DNA of 64,000 nucleotides from assembly GCA_944388755.1 (NCBI GenBank), contig CALXJY010000002.1:4179-68178 (forward strand), given 5' to 3'. Source of the DNA: an uncultured Clostridia bacterium. Its GTDB lineage: Bacteria; Bacillota; Clostridia; TANB77; CAG-508. Below the pieces are notes generated by a model that worked only from the letters and a program-made list of their open reading frames with translations, was not told the DNA's origin and made no database searches. Position numbers and translations under genes: made by a program. Numbering within the stretch: the first letter of the stretch is position 1; each line of letters begins with the position of its first letter. Positions 29,801 through 38,995 of the stretch are shown here, one piece after another.

Positions 29801-31169
29801 CAAATGTTTCTATAAATGAACCACATCCTGAAGAACACGCTTCATTTAACATTATATTATCAATTGCTCCATTTTTCATTTTAATATATTTCATGTCTTG
29901 GCCACCAATATCTATAATTGCAGTAACATCAGGTTCAAAAGTTTTAGCAGCTGTATAATGTGCAATTGTTTCAATTTCATTTAAATCAACATTTAAAGCA
30001 GTTTGAATAAGTTTTTCTCCATAACCTGTAACACCACTAAACTTAAGAATTGCCTTTTCAGGAATTTTAGAATACAATGTTTTAAGCATATTCATAACAC
30101 TTTTTAATGGATTACCTTCATTGCTTCCATATAAAGAATATAGTAGATTACCTTCTCTATCAATTAATGCAAGTTTAGTTGTTGTAGAACCTGCATCAAT
30201 TCCTAGGAAGCAGTCACCTTTATATGTATTTAAGTCATTTCTGCCAATTTTTGCTTTTTCGTGTCTTTTTTTAAATTCTTCGAACTCTTTTTTACTCGCA
30301 AATAGAGGCTCAAGTGGTTTAGAAGTATTATCTTGAGAAATTTTTAAATTTTGGATTTTTTGTTCTAATTCTTCTTTAGTAATAGCTTTAGATTCTAAAG
30401 AATCAATAGCAGCACCTTTTGCAACTAATAAATGTGCTTCTTTTGGAACTATTACTTGATCAGGAGTTAGATGTAGTGTTTCTATAAAACGTTTTCTAAG
30501 TTCTGATAAATAGTTTAGAGGACCACCTAGAAAAGCTACATTACCTCTAATTGGTCTTCCACATGCCAATCCACTTATTGTTTGATTAACAACGGCTTGA
30601 AAGATTGAAGCTGCAATATCTTCTTTAGCAGCACCTTCATTAATTAATGGCTGAATATCAGTTTTAGCAAAAACACCACATCGAGATGCAATAGGATATA
30701 TTGTTTGATATGTTTTTGCAAGTTCATTTAACCCAGCAGTATCTGTGTGAAGCAAAGATGCCATCTGATCTAGAAATGCTCCTGTACCACCTGCACATGT
30801 TCCATTCATACGTTGTTCAATAGATTGATCAAAATATATTATTTTTGCATCTTCTCCACCAAGCTCGATAACAACATCTGTTTCAGGTATATATTTTTCA
30901 ACTACTCTTTTACAAGAAACAACTTCTTGAATAAAATTTACACCTAAAAATTTACTTGCAGACATTGCACCAGATCCTGTTAATGCAATTGTATATTTAT
31001 TATTTGGAAATCTTTTTATTAAATCTTCTAGTACTGTACATACTGTATTTTTGGTATCTGAATAATGTCTTTTGTAGTCATTATATATTGTGTTTAGATT
31101 TTCATCCATAACAACTATTTTAACAGTTGTAGAACCAACATCTAAACCAACGTGTAATATATTTTCCAT
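26850..31169 (-). CDS. acyl-CoA dehydratase activase-related fusion protein (two BadF/BadG/BcrA/BcrD-type ATPase domains plus 2-hydroxyglutaryl-CoA dehydratase HgdB-like domains)
   Basis: 1439 aa. N-terminal LHVGLDVGSTTVKIVV and a second GIDAGSTTTKLALI actin-like ATPase start. Long C-terminal dehydratase-like region with Cys clusters. Confidence 0.7.
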   Translation of the reverse strand: MENILHVGLDVGSTTVKIVVMDENLNTIYNDYKRHYSDTKNTVCTVLEDLIKRFPNNKYTIALTGSGAMSASKFLGVNFIQEVVSCKRVVEKYIPETDVVIELGGEDAKIIYFDQSIEQRMNGTCAGGTGAFLDQMASLLHTDTAGLNELAKTYQTIYPIASRCGVFAKTDIQPLINEGAAKEDIAASIFQAVVNQTISGLACGRPIRGNVAFLGGPLNYLSELRKRFIETLHLTPDQVIVPKEAHLLVAKGAAIDSLESKAITKEELEQKIQNLKISQDNTSKPLEPLFASKKEFEEFKKRHEKAKIGRNDLNTYKGDCFLGIDAGSTTTKLALIDREGNLLYSLYGSNEGNPLKSVMNMLKTLYSKIPEKAILKFSGVTGYGEKLIQTALNVDLNEIETIAHYTAAKTFEPDVTAIIDIGGQDMKYIKMKNGAIDNIMLNEACSSGCGSFIETFAKSLNLEISEFVKEALESKRPVDLGSRCTVFMNSKIKQAQKEGYTVGDISSGLSYSVIKNAIQKVMKVRDTSTLGDHIVVQGGTFYNDAVLRAFEKIVGKNVIRPDIAGLMGAYGMALLAKEQYEANFDMEYHSTILKADELDKLEIKVTHTRCNNCENHCKLTINKFSNGSIHVSGNRCEKGAGVVTGNKDLPNLVQYKYKRLFDYKPLEEKDAKRGTIGIPRVLNMYEDYPFWFTFLTNLGFRVILSEKSTRKTYEKGMESMPSESVCYPAKLSHGHIESLLEQGITTIFYPCMPYSRKEYEKADNHYNCPIVISYSEVLKNNVEGLKDHKVKFINPFLPFDKKNLTKKILELPEFKEYNFTKSELLDAVEKAENEYQNFKNDIRNKGKETVEYIEKNNLRGIVLAGRPYHVDPEINHGIDTLITSLGLCVLTEDSVSDKTEVKRPIRVVDQWVFHARLYAAADFVGKHDNLELVQLNSFGCGVDAVTTDQVEEILSSYDKMYTLIKIDEVNNLGAVRIRIRSLLASMNKRIKQKQEEKASGDYEINKKIFTKEMKKDYTILIPQMAPIHFELLEAGVNSCGYNVKLLKDCTNHTVETGLKYVNNDACYPSILTTGQMIEALQSGEYDVNKTALIMSQTGGGCRATNYIGFIRKALKDAGFANVPVISFNVVGMEKMPGFKLTPALLEKLIKCVVYGDLLQKMLTKNRAYEINKGETQKLFDTWMEKCKKLVQDSTSKEFKQSIYDIVNDFEKIELDTSTKKPRVGIVGEVLIKYHPFGNNFVADLLEKEGAEVILPDFMGFVKFMATHKITFNKLLNTNKTSSKISKIAIKLIDLLEKDVKLALQSSKKNYLMPCDIWHLEDKVKDVLSIGNQTGEGWFLTAEMIEYIENDIPNIVCVQPFACLPNHVVGKGVIKTIREKYPEANISPVDYDPGASESNQTNRIKLLMTVAKDNLKQKELEKKAIDKENTTSQNSVHSNV

Positions 31170-31596
31170 ATTTATATCAGTCCTTTCAAGGTTGATTATA
31201 CAACTTATATTTTATACGGAAATCTAGTTTTTGTCAAATGGAAAATTAAGGAATTTTCATACTTTTGCTTTTATATAAACCCGTTAAATTATTGCTTATG
31301 TGTATTGATTTTATCTATAAATCCAAACTTTGACGAACATGGATACACCACTGTGGACGTCAAATGAGATAAGGTATTTATCATCTTGTATTTTAGCAGG
31401 AATTAACATTTCTACTCAAAAATAATAGCCTTAAACTATTAATATATATAATATACTATATGAAGGTTAAATAGAAAAAAGATGCTGAAAGATACTAAAA
31501 GATACTATAAAATAATTAAATATAAATTATAGAAATTTTGTTATTTTTGTAACGAATTATATATTAATAAGGACATAAATAATAGAGGAGGTAAAA

Positions 31597-32083
31597 ATGG
31601 AGGAAATATATAAAAAGTATTCTAGGCTGGTATATCATTATTTATATAAATTAACTAATAATAATGAGATTTCTGAAGAGCTAACACAAGAAACATTTTA
31701 TGATGCTATAAAGGGTATTGATAAATTTAGAGAAGAATGTTCTCTTAGTGTTTGGCTTTGCCAAATTGCAAAAAATAAATGGAAGGATTACATTGTAAAG
31801 AAACGGGAAATATGAAACTATTTCTTATAATGATAATCTTGAACATATGATATCTGATGAAAATTTTGAGGAAAAAATAGCTTCTAGAGAAGAATTAATT
31901 GATTTTTATGCAAAAATACATAAGTTAGATATTAATACAAGGGAAGTTATTTATTTAAAGATTAATAGAGATTTCAGTTTTAAAGAGATAGGAAGAATAC
32001 TAGGAAAAAATGAACAATGGGCTAGAATTACTTTTTATAGGGGAAAATTAAAGTTAAAGGAGTTTTTTAAAAATGAAAAATGA
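31597..32083 (+). pseudogene. ECF-type sigma-70 factor split by a 1-nt frameshift (region 2 in 31597-31815, region 4 in 31847-32083)
   Basis: Region 2-like YDAIKGIDKFREECSLSVWLCQIAKNKWKDY. Region 4-like REVIYLKINRDFSFKEIGRILGKNEQWARITFYRGKLKLK. The frames join across GGGAAA at about 31805. Confidence 0.7.
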
Positions 32084-33044
32084 ATGTGAAGTTATTAAGG
32101 ATTTACTACCAGGATATATTGCGGGAATTCTAAGTAATGATACAGAAGAAGCGGTTAACGAGCATATTGATAATTGTGAAAATTGTAAAAAAATGTTAGA
32201 TAGAATGAAATCAAGTTTACCAAATACTTCAAATGATTCTGATGAAAAAATTGAAATAGATTATTTAAAAAAACACAATAAAAAAATGAGAATTTTAAAA
32301 AAGCTTATATTATTTATTATATTATTTGTAGTGGTATTTTCTTTCGGAATTATAATTAAATATAATTACATTTCTAGCATCATGCAAAAAGTAAGTAATA
32401 ATATAAAGGAAATAGAAAAACAAAATAATTATGTAGTTACTATTACAGAACATGGAATTGATTATGAACGCGAAAAAGATTACTCATATATAACAAAATA
32501 TTACTATAAAGACGATAAATATAAAACAGAAAAACATTCAATAGCTAATTTTGACATAATAAATGGTAATACATACAATTATGGGGAAATTGATTCAAAC
32601 AGTCAGATTACAATAGTAGATGATACAAAAACTGTATATAAGGAAAATAGAAATTATGTTTATATGAAAAAAGAATATTTACTAAGAGATTTAAAAAATG
32701 CTATTCAAATATTTGATACAAACTTTGGACTTGTTGGAAATCTATATATGAAAAGCAATTACCAAATAAGAAATGATAGATATAATGGAAAAGAGTGTTA
32801 TGTTTTCAAGTCAGACTGTAGCGAGTATTATTTTGAATATTGGATTGAAAAAGATTCTATGATGTTAATTAGAACAGTACAGGATATTTATAATAGAATT
32901 TATACGGAAAATACTTATGAATTAACTAGAGATATAGTGAAAGATGAAGATGTATCTATTCCTGACTTAGATGGATATACAATTAAGGAAACTAATGAGA
33001 ATACTAGTGATGAATGGTTAGAAATATATAATAATGTTTTTTAA
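32073..33044 (+). CDS. anti-sigma factor, zinc-finger (ZAS-like H-x3-C-x2-C) N-domain, single TM, extracytoplasmic domain
   Basis: 323 aa. EHIDNCENCKKML motif, a TM at about aa 75-97, and translational coupling (4-nt overlap region) with the sigma gene. Confidence 0.65.
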   Translation: MKNECEVIKDLLPGYIAGILSNDTEEAVNEHIDNCENCKKMLDRMKSSLPNTSNDSDEKIEIDYLKKHNKKMRILKKLILFIILFVVVFSFGIIIKYNYISSIMQKVSNNIKEIEKQNNYVVTITEHGIDYEREKDYSYITKYYYKDDKYKTEKHSIANFDIINGNTYNYGEIDSNSQITIVDDTKTVYKENRNYVYMKKEYLLRDLKNAIQIFDTNFGLVGNLYMKSNYQIRNDRYNGKECYVFKSDCSEYYFEYWIEKDSMMLIRTVQDIYNRIYTENTYELTRDIVKDEDVSIPDLDGYTIKETNENTSDEWLEIYNNVF

Positions 33045-33203
33045 ATTTATTAGAGTTCAAAATGTAAGGAGGAAATGGCAAAATTGTATATGCCAAAATA
33101 ATAAAAAATGATAAAAGTGCTAATAGTTGAAGATAATTTAAGGAATTAATAGTTCTAAACTGGACAAACAAAGCATAGCTTTTATTGAAAGGAGGAGATT
33201 ACT

Positions 33204-33707
33204 TTGAAAAATAAAAAAAGTTTCACAATATTTGGAATTTTATTAATTATAATAATAGTAGGAGGATATTTTGGAATTAAATATGCTAAAGGCAAAAAAG
33301 AAAACCAAATACAGGAATATACTCCTGAGCAAGAAATAACAGATTCTCAAGCAAGGCAAACGATTGTAAGTTTGTATTTTTTAGACAGAGAAACAGGGGA
33401 ACTTTATCCTGAAGCTAGATTAGTTGATATTAAAGAATTAATAAATTTACCATATGAGAAATTAATTAATTTATTAATTGAAGGACCTAAGAATGAAAAA
33501 TTAAAAAAGTTAATACCTGATAATACAACAATTTTAAAAACATATACTCAAGGAGATTGTTTATATATAGATTTTTCTTCTGATATATTAGGGGTTGAAG
33601 AAGGACAGAAAGACAATATGATAAATAGTATAACTAAAACGATGACAGAACTTACAGAAATAAATAGTGTTAAAATTTTAGTTGATGGGCAGGAAGGTAC
33701 TATTTAA
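33204..33707 (+). CDS. GerMN-domain lipoprotein-like protein (sporulation/germination associated)
   Basis: 167 aa. N-terminal TM or signal anchor. The VSLYFLD...LINLLIEGP....L.. pattern is typical of GerMN. Confidence 0.5.
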   Translation: MKNKKSFTIFGILLIIIIVGGYFGIKYAKGKKENQIQEYTPEQEITDSQARQTIVSLYFLDRETGELYPEARLVDIKELINLPYEKLINLLIEGPKNEKLKKLIPDNTTILKTYTQGDCLYIDFSSDILGVEEGQKDNMINSITKTMTELTEINSVKILVDGQEGTI

Positions 33708-33970
33708 AGAGCTTATATAAATTGATACATTTTAAAGCTTTTCCAAAATTATTTAAAAAATATTCTACTTCATTTAAAGACTGCATTGTATTTTTTTTAT
33801 AATCTTGGAATTTTAATTTTTTTGGGTTATTATATTTTTTCTTCATAATAAAAACCATCCTTTTAAATAGTCACAGTTTACTCGTAAAATTTTATTTATC
33901 TTTGTTTGCCTTGATAAAACAGCAATTATAGTATATAATATGAATAAAATAAAATAATGTGAGGTTATTT

Positions 33971-34711
33971 ATGAAAGTAGAGTTAGCAGAAAATGAAAGA
34001 CTAGATGATTTAGGAATAAAAAACTTAAAAATAATTCAAAATAAAGAATTTTTTTGCTTTGGAATAGATAGTGTAATTTTAGCAAATTATGCTAAAAATA
34101 TAAAACAAAAAGCTAATGTTTTAGATTTAGGAACAGGAACAGGGATAATACCAACAATATTATGTGGAAAAACAAATTTAAGTAAAGTTATAGGAGTAGA
34201 AATTCAAGAAGATGTATGTAAAATGGCAAATAAAAGTATACAATATAATAACTTACAAGAACGTTTTAAAATAATTTGTGATTCAATATTAAATTTAAAT
34301 AATTATTTTAGAAAAAACACATTTGATGTTGTTATAACAAATCCACCATACAAGAAAAAAGATACAGGAATAGTAAACCCTACGGAATCAAAAACAATTG
34401 CTAGACATGAGATAACAGCAACTTTGGAAGATTTTATAAAAATTGCAAAAGATATGTTAAAAGATAAGGGAGAATTTTATATGGTACAAAGAACTGAAAG
34501 ACTAGTTGATATTTGTTTTTATATGAGAAAATATAAAATAGAACCAAAAGAAATAAGATTTGTTTGCTCAAAACCTGGCCAAAGTTCAAAACTAGTATTG
34601 ATAAAAGGAAAAAAAAATGAAAATGATTTTTTAAAAGTAATGCCAAATTTATATATATATAATGAAAATGGAGAGTATTCACGAGAAATAAAAGAAATGT
34701 ATAATAATTAG
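33971..34711 (+). CDS. tRNA (adenine37-N6)-methyltransferase-like SAM-dependent methyltransferase (YabB/TrmN6 family)
   Basis: VLDLGTGTGIIP SAM motif and VITNPPY motif. Sits upstream of rsmI as in Bacillus yabB-yabC. Confidence 0.7.
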   Translation: MKVELAENERLDDLGIKNLKIIQNKEFFCFGIDSVILANYAKNIKQKANVLDLGTGTGIIPTILCGKTNLSKVIGVEIQEDVCKMANKSIQYNNLQERFKIICDSILNLNNYFRKNTFDVVITNPPYKKKDTGIVNPTESKTIARHEITATLEDFIKIAKDMLKDKGEFYMVQRTERLVDICFYMRKYKIEPKEIRFVCSKPGQSSKLVLIKGKKNENDFLKVMPNLYIYNENGEYSREIKEMYNN

Positions 34712-34725
34712 AAAGAGGTTTATAA

Positions 34726-35559
34726 ATGGAATATGGTAATTTATATATAGTTGCAACACCAATTGGTAATTTAGAAGATATAACATATAGGGCAATAAGA
34801 ATATTACAAGAAGTAGATATTATTTCTGCTGAAGATACACGTCATACATTAAAATTACTAAATCATTATAATATTTCAAAACATTTAGTTAGTTATCATA
34901 GACATAATGAAGAAATAAAATCAGAAGAATTAATTAATTACCTAAAACAGGGAAAAAACATAGCAATTGTTTCAGATGCTGGAACACCTGGAATATGTGA
35001 TCCAGGTCATATTATAATAAAAAAATGTATAGAACAAGATATAAAAATAATACCAGTACCGGGTGCTTGTGCTTTTGTAAATGCATTAATCTGTTCAGGG
35101 CTAGATACAGATACATTCTTATTTTTAGGTTTCTTACCACTAAATAAAAAAAATAGAAAGTATAAATTAGAACAGATACAAAATAGTACTCAAACAGTAA
35201 TTTTATATGAAGCTCCACATAAATTACAAGTAACTTTAAAAGATTTAAAAGATGTAATAAAAGATAGAAAAGTGGTAATAGCTAGAGAACTTACCAAAAT
35301 ACATGAAGAATTTATTAGTGGTAATATAGATGAAATTATAGAAAAAGCGAAAAATTTAAAAGGAGAAATAATAATTTTAATAGAAAAAGAGGCTCAAAAA
35401 ACAAAAGAAGAAAAACAAAAAGAATTTGAAAATTTTAGTTTAGAAGAACATTATTCATATTATGAAAAACAAGGATTCAATAAAAAAGAAATAATTAAAA
35501 AAATTGCAAAAGATAGAAATGTTACAAAAAATGATATTTATAAACATTTTATAAAATAA
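34726..35559 (+). CDS. rsmI: 16S rRNA (cytidine1402-2'-O)-methyltransferase RsmI
   Basis: 277 aa. N-terminal LYIVATPIGNLEDITYRAIRIL..ISAEDTRHT tetrapyrrole-methylase-fold signature. Confidence 0.8.
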   Translation: MEYGNLYIVATPIGNLEDITYRAIRILQEVDIISAEDTRHTLKLLNHYNISKHLVSYHRHNEEIKSEELINYLKQGKNIAIVSDAGTPGICDPGHIIIKKCIEQDIKIIPVPGACAFVNALICSGLDTDTFLFLGFLPLNKKNRKYKLEQIQNSTQTVILYEAPHKLQVTLKDLKDVIKDRKVVIARELTKIHEEFISGNIDEIIEKAKNLKGEIIILIEKEAQKTKEEKQKEFENFSLEEHYSYYEKQGFNKKEIIKKIAKDRNVTKNDIYKHFIK

Positions 35560-35579
35560 CAAATTAAAGGAGAATACTA

Positions 35580-37763
35580 ATGAATAGCAACTTAATAAAA
35601 AGTAAAATTAATTTATTTGATAAGATAATATGGAGAATTAAATATGCAGAATTAAGTTCTATGATTACAGCAAATTCACCTTTAAAAATTGGAATTCTAA
35701 AAAATAAAATAATTGCAGAACAATATAATAAAAGTAAGAGAGAAATAATGCAGGTTTTAAAGAGAATGAAGCAAGAAGAACCAAATAAACTTGATGAATC
35801 AGAAGAAATAATAACACAAACATTATATCAAGATTATATGAATGAAAAATTTCCTAATTCTGAACATGGACTTGATACTACTAATATTTCTGATGTGATA
35901 AATAATTTAGAATTTATGTTAGATATTAAAGAAATGGGAAAAACAGGTAATATTATTTATGAACACCTAGATATAAATGATTGTAAAAATAAATATATTA
36001 AACAAAAAATAAGTCCAATGCTAAAGTATAGTGAAACAATACTTAAAAAAGTGCCATTTGATATTTTAGAACATATAAGTTTTATCTCAGAAGAAGATTT
36101 CCATCAATTAAATATGGATGATGTAGCAGGTATTATAAATGCTGTAAAAAATGGTGTTGATAATTCGCAAGTAGGTAATTATTTAAAATTATGTAAAAAT
36201 CAGAAATTTAAAAATTCTTTAATATATTTTAGAACATATGACTTTTTAAGGGCTAATATGGAATGCAGTGATTTTTTTGTAAAATATAGTGAAAAATATG
36301 GAGAGCTTCCTACAGAGGACTTAATTTATGAACTATTTGAAGATACAAAAAATTTAGATGCCAAAGAAATAATGTTAAACCTTGGAATGGATAAAAAAAC
36401 ATATGAAGAAATAAGAAGTAAATACTTTGATTATAAAATTCAGGTAAATTCAAATGAAGGACTTATAGATACAGTAAAAATTTTAATATCTCGCAAATAT
36501 TTTAATGTAACAACTGAAGATATAGATGGTATAAAAGGTGGGGATAAATATTTTTCAGAAAGTACTCAAAAAATTATAAACTATATAAAAAAGATTCAAG
36601 ATATTGGAGATATAAATACCTTAAATAGGCTAAATAGAGAGATCGGACAAATGAATCTAGAAATAGATACAGGAGAAGTATTTGATGAAATATATGAATT
36701 CTATGCAAAAGAAAAGATAGAAGGTTGTTTTGATCCTAATAAATTTATAGGAGAAAGACAGAGTGTTGAATATAATGGTAAAAAAGTTGAAATCTTGAAA
36801 TTAAATGGAGAGGACTTTAGGGGAAATATACATGTTTTAGGACATAGAAACCCAGGTAATAAAAATTTAACTCGTACTGAAGTGAAAAATAAAATGAATG
36901 AAAATCCACTAACATTTGCTATGTTACAAGGTGGTTCTTCACAATTATCATTATCAGCAGAAAGAGATGATGCAATGGCTTTTTATGGATTAACCTCAGA
37001 TGCAATTTTACTAGGATATTCAGACATAGAACCCCAAAATGTATTGTTATATAGCGAGAGTGATGGAGCAACTTCAATATGGCAAACTAATTATAATAAA
37101 GAAATACAAAATGTGAAAAGTAAGGTTAATTTTAATAATAAAACAAGATATGATGAAGTATTAGTTACGAGATATAAAGATCCTAATAAAATAAAACAAT
37201 TTAGAAACGATAGTGAAGAGCGAATTCTGCCAAGTTATATATTGGTTTTTACAAAAGGTAAAAATAATGATAAACCAAGCATTAATTATCAAAATTTAAA
37301 TGATCCAAATACAAAAAGGATGTTTGAATATGCAACTATATATAATATACCAATAGTAGAAATGGACACAGAAAAATATATGAAAAAATATGAATCAAAG
37401 TATACAGAAATGTTTGCAAAATTGAAAAGTGGAAGGGATAAATTTGAAATAGAAGATTATAAAGCATTAGCTAGGTATCGTAGGAGTATAGATTTTTATA
37501 AATCAGGTAATTATATAATGAGTGATCAAGAAATACTTTGGCAAATTGCTAATGATTTAGATATTAATCCTCAAAATAAAGATGCTATAAAGGGTATTAT
37601 AAAGGAATTTGATAGAGAAGATAAAAAATGGGAAAATACATTAAAATATAGAAGTGATTTATCTGATGACAAATTAAAACAAGTAGAAGAAAAAATGAGA
37701 TATTTTAGGGAAGTACTTGATATTAAGGAAGATAAAGTGATAGAACAAGATAATGAAGTTTGA
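35580..37763 (+). CDS. hypothetical 727-aa protein, no recognisable family
   Basis: Long ORF with RBS. Cytoplasmic (no TM). Lies between rsmI and the abrB-like gene, where other Firmicutes have nothing or metS. Confidence 0.5.
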   Translation: MNSNLIKSKINLFDKIIWRIKYAELSSMITANSPLKIGILKNKIIAEQYNKSKREIMQVLKRMKQEEPNKLDESEEIITQTLYQDYMNEKFPNSEHGLDTTNISDVINNLEFMLDIKEMGKTGNIIYEHLDINDCKNKYIKQKISPMLKYSETILKKVPFDILEHISFISEEDFHQLNMDDVAGIINAVKNGVDNSQVGNYLKLCKNQKFKNSLIYFRTYDFLRANMECSDFFVKYSEKYGELPTEDLIYELFEDTKNLDAKEIMLNLGMDKKTYEEIRSKYFDYKIQVNSNEGLIDTVKILISRKYFNVTTEDIDGIKGGDKYFSESTQKIINYIKKIQDIGDINTLNRLNREIGQMNLEIDTGEVFDEIYEFYAKEKIEGCFDPNKFIGERQSVEYNGKKVEILKLNGEDFRGNIHVLGHRNPGNKNLTRTEVKNKMNENPLTFAMLQGGSSQLSLSAERDDAMAFYGLTSDAILLGYSDIEPQNVLLYSESDGATSIWQTNYNKEIQNVKSKVNFNNKTRYDEVLVTRYKDPNKIKQFRNDSEERILPSYILVFTKGKNNDKPSINYQNLNDPNTKRMFEYATIYNIPIVEMDTEKYMKKYESKYTEMFAKLKSGRDKFEIEDYKALARYRRSIDFYKSGNYIMSDQEILWQIANDLDINPQNKDAIKGIIKEFDREDKKWENTLKYRSDLSDDKLKQVEEKMRYFREVLDIKEDKVIEQDNEV

Positions 37764-37789
37764 TTATGAATAAAACACATTGTATAAAA

Positions 37790-37930
37790 TTTTGACTTAT
37801 GTAAAATTGGTACACGAACACATTGCACACAAATTTATTACATAAATTTGGCGCAGAACAAATTAACGGAAAGCCAAAGAAGAAAGTTAAAGTTATTGCA
37901 AATTATAAGGCTTTCCGATTTGTTCTCTAA
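37790..37930. repeat. dispersed intergenic repeat, copy B
   Basis: CACAAATTTATTACATAAATTTGGCGCAGAACAAATTAACGGAAAGCC...TTATTGCAAATTATAAGGCTTTCCGATTTGTTCT. About 90% identical to copy C over roughly 110 bp. Confidence 0.75.
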
Positions 37931-37950
37931 TCATGTATTTAATTAATCTT

Positions 37951-38202
37951 TTATTCTTCTTTTAATCCAGCGATTTTTTCTGCACATTTTTTACATACTA
38001 GTTTATCTCTGTAATTTATAAGATTTTTTGTATTTCCGCAAAAAACACAATTAGGTTCAAATTTTTTTAATATAATTGAAGATCCTTCTATATATATTTC
38101 AATAGGATCTTTTTGAGATATATTAAATTTATTTCTAATTTCAATAGGTATAACAACTCTGCCAAGTTCGTCAACCTTTCTTATTATTCCAGTAGATTTC
38201 AT
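37951..38202 (-). CDS. AbrB/SpoVT-family transition-state regulator-like protein with C-terminal C4 zinc ribbon
   Basis: N-terminal swapped-hairpin motif GIIRKVDELGRVVIPIEIR. C-terminal CVFCGN....CKKC. Confidence 0.7.
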   Translation of the reverse strand: MKSTGIIRKVDELGRVVIPIEIRNKFNISQKDPIEIYIEGSSIILKKFEPNCVFCGNTKNLINYRDKLVCKKCAEKIAGLKEE

Positions 38203-38392
38203 TTTTGCCTCCTCAATGTTATATTTTGTAATCCCTTAACTTATAATAACATAAATAATTATTAAGGTCAAGAATAAAAACATTTATTATGAATATATTT
38301 TATTGAAAGAATGTAATTTACTTTTAATTTTAAAAAGCAATAATAATATAAATTATATGCTATAAGTGAATTGTAGTACTGTAGGTGATGTT

Positions 38393-38971
38393 ATGTTAAA
38401 TATGGTTTGGCCAATTTTTATTATTGTATCTTTTGTATATGCAATATTTATGGGAAATATAGATAATTTAAATAATTCGATTTTTAGTAGTACCCAAGAG
38501 GCAATAAATTTATCAATTACTTTACTAGGGACTATGTCTTTATGGAGTGGAATAATGAAAATTGCTTCTAAAACATCACTAATACAAAATTTTACAAAAA
38601 TATTAAATCCTGTTATTAATATATTATTTCCCGAAATTAAAGAAGATATACAAATAAAAAATGCAATTTCAATGAATATAATTGCAAATATTTTAGGATT
38701 AGGAAATGCTGCAACTCCACTTGGTTTAAGGGCTATGAAGTTAATGCAAGAAAAAAATGTCGAAAAAAAGACTTTAACAAATTCTATGGCAACATTAATT
38801 GTATTAAATACTGCTTCTATACAAATTATTCCTACAACAGTTATTGCTATTAGAAGTTTACTTGAATCCGAAAATCCAACAAAAATAATTTTTCCTGTTT
38901 GGATTGCAACAATTTGTTCAGCAATTGCAGGTATATTAGCAACCAAATTTTTTATAAAAATTGGAAAGTAA
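38393..38971 (+). CDS. spmA: spore maturation protein A (nucleoside-recognition domain membrane protein)
   Basis: Polytopic. Adjacent to spmB. Start taken at MLNMVWPIF. Confidence 0.7.
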   Translation: MLNMVWPIFIIVSFVYAIFMGNIDNLNNSIFSSTQEAINLSITLLGTMSLWSGIMKIASKTSLIQNFTKILNPVINILFPEIKEDIQIKNAISMNIIANILGLGNAATPLGLRAMKLMQEKNVEKKTLTNSMATLIVLNTASIQIIPTTVIAIRSLLESENPTKIIFPVWIATICSAIAGILATKFFIKIGK

Positions 38972-38995
38972 AATTAAAAATATGGAGGAAATACA

